Positions 38,452-51,978 are shown, numbered from the stretch's first letter. The stretch: DNA of 64,000 bases from Malacoraja senta (GCA_038087875.1 CM075987.1:5208001-5272000); one strand, 5' to 3'. Translations and numbers: made by a program. Notes: generated from the letters alone by a model not told the origin.

Positions 38452-38772
38452 TAGCCCTGTCCCAAGTTACGAGTTCATTCCAAGAGCTCTCCCGAGTTTA
38501 AAAAAAAATCAAACTCGTGGTAAGCATGGAGAATGAATGTAGCGGGTACGTCGGAGCTCGGGGACGTCTCTTAGCGGCTCGTAACGCTAACGGCAGGTAC
38601 TCGGGAAGACTCGCTAACGGCAGGTAAGCACGAGAAGACTCGTGAAGATTTTTCAACACGTTGAAAAATGTCCACGAGAGCCCCGAGTACCGACGAGCGG
38701 CCATCACCGTAAATCTCCGAGTTCGAATCAGGGCAAACTCTTGGAATGAACTCGTACCGTGGGACAGGGCTT
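38452..38772. mobile_element. MITE, PIF/Harbinger-like
   Basis: About 35-bp TIR AGCCCTGTCCCA..TACGAGTTCATTCCAAGAG; TAA TSD (38449-38451, 38773-38775); inserted in an old PLE fold-back. Confidence 0.85.
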
Positions 38773-38999
38773 TAACCCACTTTCTGCAGACGTTTCCTGA
38801 CCAGCTAAGCGTTTCCAGTGTTTTGTGTATTTACTACAGACCTGCTGTTTTCGTTTTAATTTTCATTGACTTGTAGTAATCTCCTTAATGGCATAAATTC
38901 CAATTAAAATCGCGTAGCTGGAAAAACTAAATGCTACTTATATATAGAATGATGCAGTACAGAAAGCGATCAGTTAGGCCATCTAGCTCCTTGAAAGAA

Positions 39000-39670
39000 C
39001 TATCCAATTAATCTCACTCCTTTCATTTTTTCCCCTCCCAAGTACCTTTTCACATCTCTTTCAAAAGTTATTACTTAATCTGCTTCCACCGTCCTTTCAA
39101 ATAGTGCTTGCCTCATCAAACAAATTTCCTCCTGTAGCTACTGGTTTCGTGGCCAAATATATTAAGACGCACCCACTGGTTACTCTATAAAACAGTTCAT
39201 AATTTTGAACATCTTTTACACATTTGATCTCATTGTTCTCTATTCCAAGTGGAACAATCCCCGTTTCCCCAATGTCTCCACATAGCCAAAGTAATTTATT
39301 ACTGCTATCTCCTATACAATCTCCGATGCACGTTCTTTGCGGAAGTGTAGTGCCCACAATTGGCCTTAATATTCCAGCTGAGGCCTTACAATGTTTCACA
39401 AATGTTCAACGCAACTTCATTGCTTTTTTTAAAATACTTCTATTTATAACCCACGGACCTGACAAGCATTGCGAATCACCTACTAAACCGGTTCTGCCAC
39501 CTTTAATGGCTTGTGCACAAACACACCCAGGTTTTGCCCATTTTAATCAAACTGTACGTGTTTATAATGCTTTCATTCTTTTTTTTTTAAGCCAAACTGC
39601 AAAATAATGCAATTATCTGCATTAAAATTCATCTGCCTTGTGTCTGGCCACTCCGTAACTACCTCATTAA
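39000..39670 (-). mobile_element. Old, highly decayed CR1 fragment
   Basis: Scattered CR1 3' motifs in reverse orientation. Confidence 0.5.
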
Positions 39671-39734
39671 AGCCCTTGCTTTCTACATTTCTCAATATAG
39701 TAAAACTCTGGTGATCTGTCACCCATGGGACATT

Positions 39735-39965
39735 AAACACAAAGTGCTGAAGTAACTCAGCGGGTCAGGCAGCATCTCAGGTGAAAAAGGATAGGTGACG
39801 TCTCGGGTTGGGACCATTCTTCCAGAGAAGTCTTCCAGTCTGAAGGGTCCTGACCCAAATCGTCAGTCATTCCTTTTCTCTAGAGATGCTGCCTGACCCG
39901 CTGAGTTACTCCAGCACTTTGTGTCTATCTTCAGTAAAACCAGCATCTGTGGATCCTTTCTACAC
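39735..39965. mobile_element. PLE-derived fold-back element
   Basis: Inverted arms; degenerate 14-bp TSD acccatgggacatt/acccttgagacatt. Confidence 0.75.
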
Positions 39966-40659
39966 ACCCTTGAGACATTGGATTAGCAGATTTTCTGAAC
40001 TATTGAATAATACTCATTAATATCCGAGCAAACATCTTTAACATGTACAATAAATTTGCCAGTGAAACTTTCGAGTTTAAACTGAATGGGAAGTATACAA
40101 GCACTCCAGTCCCCAGCTCCAGCCACAGGCCTATCCACGTTCCTGACCCAATGCCCTGAATCCAAACCTTTCCAGTTGAACACCAGTCCCACAGTTCAAA
40201 TTCCAACACGCCCACACAACCAGCTTGTGGTCTGGACTACAGCTCAGATTACAGATGAACGAATGAGCCAGATGCCAGAACGATCGGGATTTCCCAAAAC
40301 AATCAGATGCTGTAATATAATCAGAGTTTCATTACATTATGAAGATCCATCCCAGGAAACACAAATATACATTCCTGTCAGCTTCCAAAAAAACAAATGT
40401 CCGTCTGCTGAGCCTGAAACTCAGTTTCCCTTTTCCCGGACTCTTAGTTAAGGTCTCAACCCAAAACGTCACCTTTTCCTTTTCTCTGGAGATGCTGCCT
40501 GACCCGCTGAGTTACTTCAGCATTTTGTGGCTATCTTCGGTGTAAACCAGCATCTGCAGTTCCTTCCTATACAAATATTAGTGGCAAAGCTTTCTATCCC
40601 ACTATCAATTTAGTATCCACTCTGACATTGCCCCTTGAATGTTACTATCAAGTCTATGC

Positions 40660-40985
40660 AGTTATAGTCATGTAGCACAGAAACAGGCTTTTGCACCCAA
40701 ATCCTTCATGGCGACCAAGATGTCTATCCAATTCCATTTGGCCCATACCCCTTTAAACCTTTACTATCCATCTTCCTGGCCGTGTACCTGTCTCTACAGC
40801 TTCCTCTTGCAGCTCATTCCATATGCCCACTATGTGAAAAAGTTGCCCCTCAGATCTCTTAAATCTTTCCCCTCTCACCTTAAACCCTTGTCCTCTATTT
40901 TTAGTCTCCACTAGCCTGATAGATGTTTGCACTTATCCAACTTAAGTATGCCCCTCATGGTTTTATATAGTTCTAAGATCACACC
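40660..40985 (-). mobile_element. CR1 (HER1-like) 3' fragment
   Basis: Homology to other HER1-like tails. Confidence 0.7.
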
Positions 40986-41379
40986 TCTTGTGTTACTTTA
41001 CTGAATGTCTTTGGAGTTCATATACCTTACAACAACACGATTTTCATCAATTTTCTTCATTACTTTGAAGAACTCAATCAAGCCAGATGACCAAGATTAG
41101 CCTTCTATAAATCAATACAGATTTTAATTTATCACCCTATATTTTTGAATATAATAATTAAATTTGTCCCTGGAGGTTTCTCCATCAAATGTTCAGCTGC
41201 TTGACCTATATTCCCAGTTTAATGCTTTGCCAATTTATCGAACTAGAGTTTTATTTCAACCATTCCTCCTGCATTAATCACCACAATACCAATAATTACA
41301 ACTCCATCACCCCCACCCACAACACACTTAATTCACCATTAATAACTGTCATGGGAGTTAGCTGCACAAAGCAGAGATG

Positions 41380-41670
41380 TGGGCAGCAGGGTGGCAGAGT
41401 TGCTGCCTTACAGTGTCAGAGACCCGGGTTCGATCCTGACTTCAGGGGGTTGTCTGTACGGAGTTTGTACGTTCACCTCGTGACCGCATGGTATTTCTCC
41501 GGGAGCTCCGGTTTCCTCCCACACTCCAAAGAAGTACAGGTTTGTAAGTTAATGGACTTGGTATAATGGTAAATTGTCCTAGTATGTAGGATAGTGTTAG
41601 TGTACAGGGATCGCTGATCGCCGATCGCCGCAGACTCGATGGGCCGAAGGGCCTGTTTCTGTGCTGTACC
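41380..41670 (+). mobile_element. HE1-like V-SINE fused to a LINE-type tail
   Basis: Family match followed directly by 41670-41820. Confidence 0.85.
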
Positions 41671-42129
41671 TCACAGTGGGAACGTTGATTCCGCTGTGTG
41701 GGGATGTTTATGTTAAACTCTATCGTGTGTTGTGTTCTTTTTTATTCGTATGGCTGTATGGTAACTCAAATCACACTGTACCAATTGGTGCACGTGACAA
41801 TAAATGTAACTTGAACTTGAACCTATGTGGACGAACTGAGGGTTTTAGAAGGAGGACGAGATCCACGAGAGCGGAGGTACAGTCTTGTTTTCATATCACC
41901 ACAGGTGATGGTTTCAGCAGAAACTGCTTTAAAGAAGGGAAAACTAAACCTTGGTACTCTATGGTACAATTATACTTTGTTGTAATGGCAAGGTTGAGAT
42001 TGGAATCTTCAGCTTATGTTCAAATCTAACTCAGAGGCTTAAAACAATCAGGTTCAAGTAGACACAGTGGCTAGAGAATGGTAGATGCAGATCCTATGAC
42101 AATGCCTTTGATCAGCCCATTGATCAACT

Positions 42130-42640
42130 AGGTAAAAGTCCACCTAGGCATCTGGGACCTTCAGGTTGACAACCATTTCAATTCCCCTTCCCATACTGAC
42201 CTTTCTGACCTCGGCCTCCTCCTTTGCCTGAGTGAGGCCACATGCAAATTGAAGGAACAGCACCTCATATTTCACTTGGTCAGCTTACAACCCAGTGGTA
42301 TGAACATTGAATTTTCCAATTTTAAATAACTTCATCTTACACTTCCCTCTCCTCTCCCTCCTTGCACCCTTACTCCACCCGAGTGGTTTTACCAGTTCCA
42401 CAGTTCTCCACATTGGTTTTCTTCTCACACCTTCCCTAGCCAACAATGGACTTACGAGGCCTGAATTCATTTGTGGCTGGTCCTGGTCTTTTCTCATCTC
42501 CAGCTCATCAGCTCTTCAAGTCCCCCCCTCCCCCACCCCCCACTTTCAGTCTGAAGAAGGGCCTCGTCATGAAACATCCCCAGTCTTTTTTCTCCAGATA
42601 TGCTGCCTGACCCACTGCGTTACTCCAGCACTTGTTTATC
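42130..42640 (+). mobile_element. Older Penelope-like 3' fragment
   Basis: Same GIY-YIG tail (gaacagcacctcatatttcacttgg...ggtatgaacattgaatt) plus a decayed terminal repeat. Confidence 0.8.
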
Positions 42641-43924
42641 TTATGTGGAGCAATTGCCTCTCAGGTTCCTATTAAATCTTTCCACTCTCACTTTAAACCT
42701 ATGTCCCATGGTTCTTGATTCCCTTACTCTGGGTCAGTCATCTTGGCTCTCCATGATGAGAACAGAGTCGTTTTAACAGTGGAGAGATAACTTGAATGCC
42801 ATCTGGTATATTGTTAAATAAGACACATTTAAGCCTGTACACCTCAAATTTTGGACAGCACAGGTGGAGGTTATGTTGGGGGAGCAGTCAGCATGGGATG
42901 ACAATAAACGTTTGCAAGTGACCAAAGGTAGAACAGCTGTAGAAACGTCAGGAGAAATGAAGGATCAAAGACTGGGAAGTCAACAGCTTCAGAGCACAAT
43001 TCAAAATAACTTGGGGAAAGATTATTTTGTACCCAACGGAGCGGGGTGTAAAAGGAAACGAGTTGGAAGCGGTGGTGAGGGGTTGCAAGGATGCAGTTAG
43101 GACATGATGATGATCTGTCTCATCTAGCATCCGAATGAAAAGGCCACAGGTCGGGAAAGGTTGAGGGAATGCCCATTGGCATAGCCCAGAATATACAGAG
43201 GGGAAATTAAAAACTGAGGGGAAAGAAAGGAGGCTGAAAGTATGAGAGGTGCAGAAACATCGGAGGAACCTCATTGACCTGCGTTAAATGACTGTATTCA
43301 AAACGGAATACCGTTATGTCGCAATGTTTTCTTGGACATTACATAAGAGGATTTTGAAAATTAATCTGATTAACCTGTAATGGGTCACAGGCAGAATCTT
43401 CACAAACGGCAAACAGTACAGTATATGTATAATGTATAATGGTTTCAATGTTCCCATCATAATCCATGAAAGAATCCCCACGTCAGAAGCAGATAAAATA
43501 ACTGTAATTTAAAAGAGTTGGCGCACATCAAACTTGGAAGCAAAGCTAAAACAGCTCATAAACATTGCCTAGTGTTCGAGCAAATTATAGCCTTGTAGTT
43601 CATTCTACCAATATCCAATATGGTGAAGGTAAATACACAAACTGATTAAAGAAAAACAAAACCTCTCGTTAACAAATCTGAGGATTATTCCTATTTTCTT
43701 GGGGTTTTCTAAGTATTAACTTCCAATAATATTTTCAACAGAAAACATTTTTGCTGCACAAAGTTTCTTTCTAATTTACAAATTAGATATAGGGGGAGAA
43801 ATGTCTGTTCCATTGTTTGTTGGATTTGGAACTGGGAAAAAAAGCTGAAGGAGCCAAGAGATATTGAACAGCATAATACTGTGAAAACTAATTAAAATCG
43901 CATCCAATGATCTTGACAAATCTA

Positions 43925-44385
43925 TAGAAGTAGTAGTTGAGGCAGGTACAATAACAACATTTAAAAGACTTTTGGACAGATACATGGATGGGAAAGGTTT
44001 AGAGGGATATGGGTCAAATGCTGGCAAAGGGGATTGGTTTAAATGGGCACTTTGGTCGGCATGGATCAGTTGGGTTGTTGACCCCATTTCCATGCTGTGT
44101 AACATAAGCACTTCTCACACTAAGCCAATTTACACCGAACCAAAATCAAAACCTCTGCAAATCTTGCCTTTACCAGCAATAAGAGCACCCGAACAAATAC
44201 AAACTATAGGAATTTGAAACGGCACAAAGAACTTTGTGAAGAAATATGGATAGGATAGGTTTAGAGCGATATGGGCCGAACATGGGCAGGTGGGACTAGT
44301 GTAGATGGGACATATTGGTTGGCGTGGGCAAGTTGGGCTGAAGAGCCTGTTTCCCCGCTGTATGACTCTATGTCTCCATGACTCT
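43925..44385 (+). mobile_element. Two CR1 (HER1-like) tails
   Basis: 43925-44100 and 44245-44385, both ending gtttcc..gctgt. Confidence 0.75.
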
Positions 44386-44715
44386 AACTGAAGTGTTCAC
44401 TGAAGCCAACAAAAAGAGGAGTATTACACTCAACATCGCCAACGTCCTCTACGTATCTGCTCCCTCTGTACAGCACGACCATCTAACAGTGAGGATCTCC
44501 AAATGATGGGTTGTGGTGACCGACAGGCCAGCCATACTGTAGAGCCTTAAAATGACCCCTTCATTTTTGGGTGAGATTCTTGTACACTGCGTTTTTGGGG
44601 TGGAATGGAAGATGGAGTGAAGGTGTGCAGTTGAAGTAAATGTACTCTACAAGAAAATGCTATTACATTCACTAAGGGAGATTGGAAGATTTCAAAACAT
44701 GATAAAAGTGCTTAC

Positions 44716-44838
44716 TACTTCGTAACTGGCAGGTGCCCGATATCGTGAAGCGACCACTCCAACGCCCGTAATTGGATCCATGGACAAATCAGGCAAAGCT
44801 TCAGACAGATCCCATATTTCAGGCATCATTGAGCGACT
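44716..44838 (-). CDS. MVB12B: MVB12B coding exon (equivalent to human exon 2), 123 nt, phase 0-0
   Basis: Translates SRSMMPEIWDLSEALPDLSMDPITGVGVVASRYRAPASYEV, matching MVB12B (MPEVKDLSEALPETSMDPITGVGVVASRNRAPTGYDV). Polypyrimidine + CAG acceptor at 44841-44839, GTAAG donor at 44715-44711. Contains ATGATG (44829-44824), a possible start. Confidence 0.95.
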
Positions 44839-45082
44839 CTGGGGGGGATAAGAAAAGTAAATTAATGTAATCTTTAATAAGTTTGAACTACCAAATATCA
44901 CTTGCTCAGTAATACAAGGTATAAAGCACTAACCACAGAATATCATCGACGCCTAATCACTGGGTTTCAGTATAAATCTCGAGACAGCTATGCGGAGATC
45001 TAACGTATAGAACAATGATCCATGATTCAAAAGATTGAAGTTTTCCTGAGTATCGCAGTTGGCTAAACATTGAATACAGTTT

Positions 45083-45290
45083 AGAGACAAAAAGCTGGTG
45101 TAACTCAGCGGATCAGGCAGCATCTCTGGAGAAAAGGAATAGGTGATGTTTCTGGTCGAGATCCTTCTTCAGTCTGAAGTAGGGTCTCGCCCAAAAACGT
45201 CACCTATTCCTTTTCTCCAGGGATGCTGTCTGACCCGCTGAGTTACTCCACTATCTTTGGTTTAAACCAGCATCTGCAGTTCCTTCCTAC
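45083..45290. mobile_element. PLE-derived fold-back element with perfect TSD
   Basis: About 85-bp inverted arms centred on CTTCAG-T-CTGAAG (about 45173); ACATTGAATACAGTTT at 45067-45082 and 45291-45306. Confidence 0.85.
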
Positions 45291-45374
45291 ACATTGAATA
45301 CAGTTTCATTGGTCTAGGAGCTTCATGTTACAAGTTCATTAATTAATGCATTTGGTCACAGCTAAATAAAAGCA

Positions 45375-45840
45375 TTAGAACATAGAACAGTACAGCACAA
45401 CAACAGGCACTTCAGCCCACAATATCTGTGCCCAACAAGATGCAAATACCATTCCTTGCCTACCAAAATGTCTCTTAAATGCCACCGTTGCATCTGCCTC
45501 AACCACCACCCCTTGGCAGTGCTTTCCAGGCACTCACCACCCTCTGTGTAAAAAAAGTTGCACCGCACTTCTGCTTTAAACATTGCCCCTCTTACTTTAA
45601 AGCAATGCCCTCTAGTATTTGATTTTTGCAACCTGAAAAAAAGATTCTACTTGTCGAATTATACTCACATAATTTTATATACCTCTATCAGGTGTCACCC
45701 CGCATCCTCCGACCTTCCAGAGAAAACAATCCAAGTCTGCCCAACCTCTCCCTGTGGCTAATACCCCCTATTCAGGCATTATTCTGGTAAACCTCCCCTG
45801 CGTCATTTCCAAGGCCTCCACATCCTTCCTGCAATGGGGT
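45375..45840 (-). mobile_element. CR1 3' fragment
   Basis: SNTRGHCFKVRGAMFK..NFF. Confidence 0.8.
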
Positions 45841-45911
45841 GATATCCATGGGTGATAGGGCATTGGCAACATGTCACACGGCCATTTTCCTCAAACACAT
45901 CTTCCAAGTAG

Positions 45912-46598
45912 ACACGGTGGCGCAGCGGTAGAGTTACTACCTTCCAGCGCCAGTGACCCGAGTCGATCACAACTACGGGTGCTCTCTCTACAGAGTTTGT
46001 ACGTTCTCTCTTGAGACCTGCGTGGGTTTTCCCCTGGTCCTCCGGTTTCCTCCCACACCCCAAAGGCGTACAGGTTTGGAGGTGAATTGGCTTCGGTAAT
46101 GAAAAAAATGTAAATTCTTGAAACATATAAGATTGTTAAGGGTTTGGACACGCTAGAGGCAGGAAACATGTTCCCGATGTTGGGGGAGTCCAGAACCAGG
46201 GGCCACAGTTTAAGAATAAGGAGTAAGCCATTTAGAACGGAGACGAGGAAACACTGTTTCTCACAGAGTGGTGAGTCTGTGGAATTCTCTGCTTCAGTAG
46301 GCGGTGGAGGCAGGTTCTCTGGATGCTTTCAAGAGAGAGCTGGATAGGGCTCTTAAAAATAGCAGAGTCAGGGGATATGGGGAGAAGGCAGGAACGGGGT
46401 ACTGATTGGGGATGATCAGCCATGATCACATTGAATGGCGGTGCTGGCTCGAAGGGCCGAATGGCCTTCTCCTGCACCTATTGTCTATTGTCTATTCTCC
46501 CTAGCATGTAGTGTGTGCTTGCGTAATGGGGATCGCTGGTCGGCACGGGCTCGGGGGGCCGAAGGTCCTGTTTCCGCACTGTATCTTTGAACTAAACC
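45912..46598 (+). mobile_element. HE1-like V-SINE split by CR1
   Basis: Family match either side of 46121-46496. Confidence 0.85.
46121..46496 (+). mobile_element. Young CR1 3' fragment nested in a SINE
   Basis: LDTLEAGNMFPMLGESRTRGHSLRIR; (attgtct)n tail; same subfamily as 24538-24821. Confidence 0.85.
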
Positions 46599-47289
46599 AA
46601 GTACATTTTTTAAACTATTGGTGAGAGGGAGTGTTGTATTTGTTTAAAAATATAAAATGATCCAAAATAAATGTACAAAAAGACAATAGCGATAAAGGAT
46701 ATAGGAAGAGGAGAGGACAATGAAACTTAACTAAAGTTTTCCAACTCATATTGTTGCCGTGTTTGGTTGCAAAGTGTCCACAGATGACTCAAACAAGCCC
46801 TAACATTCTCCTGAGATTCACCATAAAAACAAATATCACTTAGCAGAAAAAAAACACACATTATAACAAGTCCCATCAGAATATGACATTTAGCCATAAC
46901 ATATTATTGGCTTTTCAGTTTTAATAAAAAGGAATCAATATAGTCACAACATATTTGCCAGGCAATTCAATAAACTGAAACTTAAACCAAAAAAATGGGA
47001 CACTTATGTTAGCAGAACAGAGGACCATACCTGCACAGTAATCCAAGTCACTAGTTATACACAGCAGAGGGATCAATGACACAACATCTAAAGTAATTCC
47101 TTTCAAGCACATTTAATCAACAATATTTTTAAGACACACTGTTAACTAAAATCATTTTAATCGTTGGTTGGTAAAAAAAGCCACAGAATTGATCTCATAT
47201 CAACCTGGACATGATAAAGAGGTCACTGCGTTAACTATCAGCAGCAAAGCATCACTCATTGTTGATTTTCTGACTGGGTCATGGCCTGG

Positions 47290-47760
47290 TGCGGCATTTC
47301 AACACACAGGAAAGCAAGAGGCTGCAGAGAGTGGTACACCCAGCCATGTCCATCTCGGTCACTGCCCTCCCTCATCATCAAAGCATCTCCATGAGGTGGT
47401 GCCTCAAGAAGGCAGCACCTATCATCCGGACAGTGCCCTCTTGTCACTGTTCTCATCGAGCAGGACTAAGTACGGGTGTCAGGGTTATGGGGAGATAGAT
47501 CAGCCATGATTGAATGGCGGAGTAGACTTGATGGGCCGAATGGTCTAATTCTGCTCCTATCACTTATGACGTAGAGATGCCTGTACACCACCAAGACAAG
47601 GAACAGCTATCAGGTTCCTACATCTATCAGGTTCTTGAATCACTCCGCACAACTCCAATCCTACCCTGACTACAGAGTGCAATGATCCACCTCTTCCACT
47701 AGCGTGGGCCTTTCTTGCTAATTGTGTTTACACTAATGTCTTGTTATTTTGCACTAAAAT
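47290..47760 (+). mobile_element. Rex1/Babar-like LINE 3' remnant (with a CR1 tail inserted)
   Basis: KRLQRVVHPAMSISVTALP..RWCLKKAAPII resembles the Rex1/Babar RT C-terminus. Confidence 0.6.
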
Positions 47761-47769
47761 CTTATTTTG

Positions 47770-47963
47770 TTTTTAGCTTAGAGATACAGCACAGAATCAG
47801 GCTCTTCGGCCAACCGCGGCCTAGCCGACACTAGCACCCAGAGGAAACCTACGCGGTCACGGGGACAATGTACAAACTCCGCACAGACAAGCGCGCATAA
47901 TCAGGATTGAACCCGGGTCTCTGGCGCTGTAAGGCAGCAGTCTACCACTACACCACCATGTCA
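47770..47963 (-). mobile_element. HE1-like V-SINE (deleted)
   Basis: Family match. Confidence 0.75.
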
Positions 47964-48267
47964 CCATTCCTTTTACAATCTTGCAGAATTTTACATGTAA
48001 TATATGTATGATTTATGTTTTTTGCGTGTTGTCTGAGTCTATGTGCCTGTGATTCTGCAACAAGCAAGATTTTCATTGTACATATGGCAACAAGTTTGGC
48101 TGCATTTTGTCCTAAGGAGCAAGCTTCTGGCATTAGTCACAACTGGAAGATTAGTATAGGCCATGTTAAAAAGTTCTGCATTTCACAAAGTAATTTTTAT
48201 ACATCGTATGATCAAAAGATCAAACAACTCAGACGTGACTCGGTACACTCTGGATAAATAATTGATT

Positions 48268-48570
48268 GATTGAAAGATATAGACTGGAAACAGGCCCTTC
48301 GGCCCACGGACTCCACACTGATCATCGATCACCCGGTCACACTAGTTCAATGCTATCCCACTTTAGCATCAACTTCCTGCACATGAGGGGCAAATTAGAG
48401 GCAAATTAACCCTAAAACCCACACGTGTTTAGGATGTGGGAGGAAACTGGAACACCTGGAGGAAACCCTGGGAGAACGTGCAAACTCCACACAGACAGCA
48501 CCCGGGGTCAGGATCGAACCTGGGTCTCTGGCGCTGAGACAGCAGCTCCACCAGCTGCACCACTGTGCCA
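48268..48570 (-). mobile_element. V-SINE
   Basis: Family match. Confidence 0.8.
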
Positions 48571-48806
48571 TCCTACTTACACATTCCCTACAATAATAAA
48601 TCTTAATGACCTCGTAAGTACATCTAGTTTGGGGTCGGGCGAGATAAATAACAGCATTTTTTTCTATCCAAACATCTATAAGACAACATTAAATTGATCT
48701 TTTCTCCCCCTGCATTCAATGTGAACCATGGTTAGTACTTCTAGATTTCTCCATCAATCCTGTAATAGGTCTCTATTTATACAATAGTGTCATCTCAACT
48801 GTAATG

Positions 48807-49355
48807 TTCATAAGTTATAGAAACAGAATTAGGCCATTCGACCCATCAAGTCTAATGTGCCATTCAATCATAGCTGATCTATCTTTCCCTCTCAACCCCA
48901 TTCTCCTGCCTTCTCCCCATAACCCCCGACACCCATATTAATCAAGAATCTGTCAATCTCAACCTTGAAAATATCCATTGACTTGGCCTCACAGCCGTCT
49001 GTGGCCATGAATTCCACAGATTCACCGCGCTCGGACTAAAGAAATTGCTTCTCATCTCCTTTCTAACGGTACGTCCTTTTATTCTGAGACCATGACCTCT
49101 GGCCCTAGATTCCCCCACTAGTGGAAACATCCTCTCCACATCCACTCTATCCAGGCTTTTCACTACTCGATATTTTTCAATGAGGTTCCCCCTCATCCTT
49201 CAAAACGCCAGAAAATGTAGGTCCAGCCTACATGCTCATCAAATGCTCATCATATGTTAACCCATTCATTCCTGGAATCATTCTCGCAAACCTCCTCGGG
49301 ACCCCTTCCAATGCCAGCACATCATTCCTCAGATATGGGCCCAAAACTGCTCACA
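48807..49355 (-). mobile_element. CR1 3' fragment
   Basis: MRGNLIEKYRVVKSLDRVDVERMFPLVGESRARGHGLRIKG. Confidence 0.85.
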
Positions 49356-49900
49356 ATACTACATCTCACAACACAACACAATCTTCTAGAACAGGTACTG
49401 GGACTGAATGCTTGCATTTCTGATATACCTCATGTGGACCAAGATAACTTGGCACAAGCCTAGGTAAAGTGTGATTTGGATGTGAACTGCTTTATATTAT
49501 GGTTCTAGTGAGGCAGAGAACAAAAGATACCACTGGAATTACTCAGTTCAGTCAGTGCAGTTTCATTTTGTACTTCAAATGACGCCTTGAACAGCATGGT
49601 GTATTGCCTCCGAAAGATTTTCTTTCTTTTTTAAGAATGAAAGAGGAACAGTGGATGAAAGATGACAAATATGCTAACTAAAAATGACTTGTCCTAGAGT
49701 CTAAATAAGTAATTGCCAGTTTGTCTCAGCACTTGGAAAGATAGTCCTTGGTGGTGTGCTGGAACCCCATTGATCTCCTCAGTACAGTCTTTAACACAGC
49801 GAGTCCTTTTTAAAGGACTTTTATTTAAATCAGTTCACAGACACTAGAATGAGTAGCTCTGTAATGGTGCCGGAAAATGCAAGATCATCAAAGAGCAAAA

Positions 49901-50220
49901 GGGCGGCATGGAGGCGCGGCGGTGGAGTTGCTGCCTCACAATGCCAGAGAAACCAGGTTCGATCGTGACCTTGGGTGCTGTCTGTGTGGAGTTTGCACGT
50001 TCTCCCTGTGACCGCATGGGTTTCCTCCGGGTGCTCCGGTTTCCTCCCACATTCCAAAGACGTGCAAATTTTTAGGTTGATTGGCTTCCATGAAAAAAAA
50101 TGATACCTAGTGTGTAGGATAGTGCTAGTGTACAGATGATTGTTGGTCAGCGTGGACTCGGCAGGCCGAAGGGCGTATATCCGCGTATCCCCGCTGTATC
50201 TCTAATCTAAACTAAACTAA
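49901..50220 (+). mobile_element. HE1-like V-SINE
   Basis: Family match. Confidence 0.85.
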
Positions 50221-50404
50221 AGCCGTGCCAACCATTCATTACAATTACAAAACTACAAAATAAAGAATTGTTTACATTGAACTGAACAATTCCAATTGTA
50301 CCTTTAACTCTCTGTAAAAGCAGTTCACAATCCAAATGACACTTCATCTCACTTTGTAACAAGCTAATTCAGTCCAGATGAGGTACATGCAAAAACAGTA
50401 CAAT

Positions 50405-50652
50405 CAAGGAACTGCAGATGCTGGTTTATTAAAAAAAAGACAGAAAGTGCTGGAACAACTCAGCAGGTCATGCAGCATCTCTGGAGAAAATGAAAAAATG
50501 ACGTTTCAGATCGAGGCCCTTCTTCCAACTCCGTTTCAGGTTGGGACCCTTTTTCAGACTCTGAAGAACTGTCCCGATCCAAATCGTCTCCTTCTCCATG
50601 TTCTCAAGGAATGCTGCCTGACCAGCTGAGTTACTCCAGCACTTTGTGTCTT
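50405..50652. mobile_element. PLE-derived fold-back element
   Basis: Inverted arms with a duplicated hammerhead-remnant segment. Confidence 0.7.
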
Positions 50653-50996
50653 TTTATTTTTAGGTAAATGTGAAATGAAAGCATCCACATCCAATATCTC
50701 GGAGGATATTACAACATCCAGTTTACACTACTGTACAAATGGAGAAAGAAAGGCACAAGCCAACTTGAATAATAGTCACCGATTCGTCTGAAAAGAGACC
50801 GATGACACTGAATGCGTGGTTACACCGGATATACGTTTTCAAGACAATTAACAAACCTCGTGTTTAATGCCAAGAGGTATTGCTTTAATATGGGATGGAG
50901 AAAAGAGACATGAATTCTGAGGTATTGAAGAAGAGAGTTTGCACACATCTTCCTATATCTGAAACATATTTTAGCAGGACCAATACATTTTTACTT

Positions 50997-51390
50997 CGAA
51001 GGTAGACACAAAATGCTGGAGTAACTGAGCGGGACAGGCAGCATCACTGGAGAGAAGGAATGGGTGACGTTTTGGGTCGAGACCCTTCTTCAGACTTCAT
51101 TATACAAGTCTTCCTTTAAAAGTCTATTCTATTTCATTCAACAATGATTAAAGGTATGGATGATCAGCGTTACTTTTTTGCATATCTTTCATTCATTTGT
51201 TCTATATCTCTCTATATCACCCTCTATATCTCTTGTTTCCCTTTCCCTTGACTCCCAGTCTGAAGAAGGGTCTCAACCCAAAACGTCACCTATTCCTTCT
51301 CTCCATAGATGCTGCCTGACCCGCTGAGTTACTCCAGCTTGTTATATCCATCTTTGTATTAAACCAGCATCTGTAGTTCTTTCCTACACA
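50997..51390. mobile_element. Two PLE terminal-repeat insertions in opposite orientation
   Basis: Minus copy 50997-51096; plus copy about 51159-51390 with degenerate TSD aatgattaaa.gtatg. Confidence 0.75.
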
Positions 51391-51492
51391 TAATGATTAA
51401 AAGTATGTTTGGTTCTGCATACCTAGAAAGCCAATTCAATCAACACAGCACTACCGTTAAAGAATGAATGACTGCATTGTTCAGCTGGGTTC

Positions 51493-51495
<3 letters not shown>

Positions 51496-51526
<31 letters not shown>
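51496..51526. repeat. (CT)n microsatellite
   Basis: Direct inspection. Confidence 0.95.
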
Positions 51527-51530
<4 letters not shown>

Positions 51531-51850
51531 TGTCAAAAACTTCATCTTCATTTTACTAAGAGATGAAATGATTTTCCACACACCAAGAAATGTCTTTTCA
51601 AGTATTCAGACAACAAGGCATCGCTTTATTTAGACCCTGGGGCAATAAACTTCCAATTAGCATATTTACAATGTTTGAGGAGGTGATGCATTGTTTTAGA
51701 AACTAACCTTTTCCGGCTTTTCTTGTGGAAAATTACAGTGGTGCTCATGTAACCAAGTGGCTGGGGATCCTGAAATATTGCTTGTGTTCCCCTCCCCTCC
51801 CCCTCAAAAAAACGTGGTTACATAAAAAGAAGCACAAAAGATAAAGGTTT

Positions 51851-51978
51851 AAGAAGGAACTGCAGATGCTGGAAAATCAAAGGTAGACAAAAATGCTGGA
51901 GAAACTCAGCGGGTGAGGCAGCATCTATGGAGCGAAGGAAATAGGCAGCGTTTCGGGTCGAAACCCTTCTTCAGACTG
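51851..51978 (-). mobile_element. PLE terminal-repeat insertion
   Basis: aagaaggaactgcagatgctgg...cgtttcgggtcgaaacccttcttcagactga. Confidence 0.75.
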
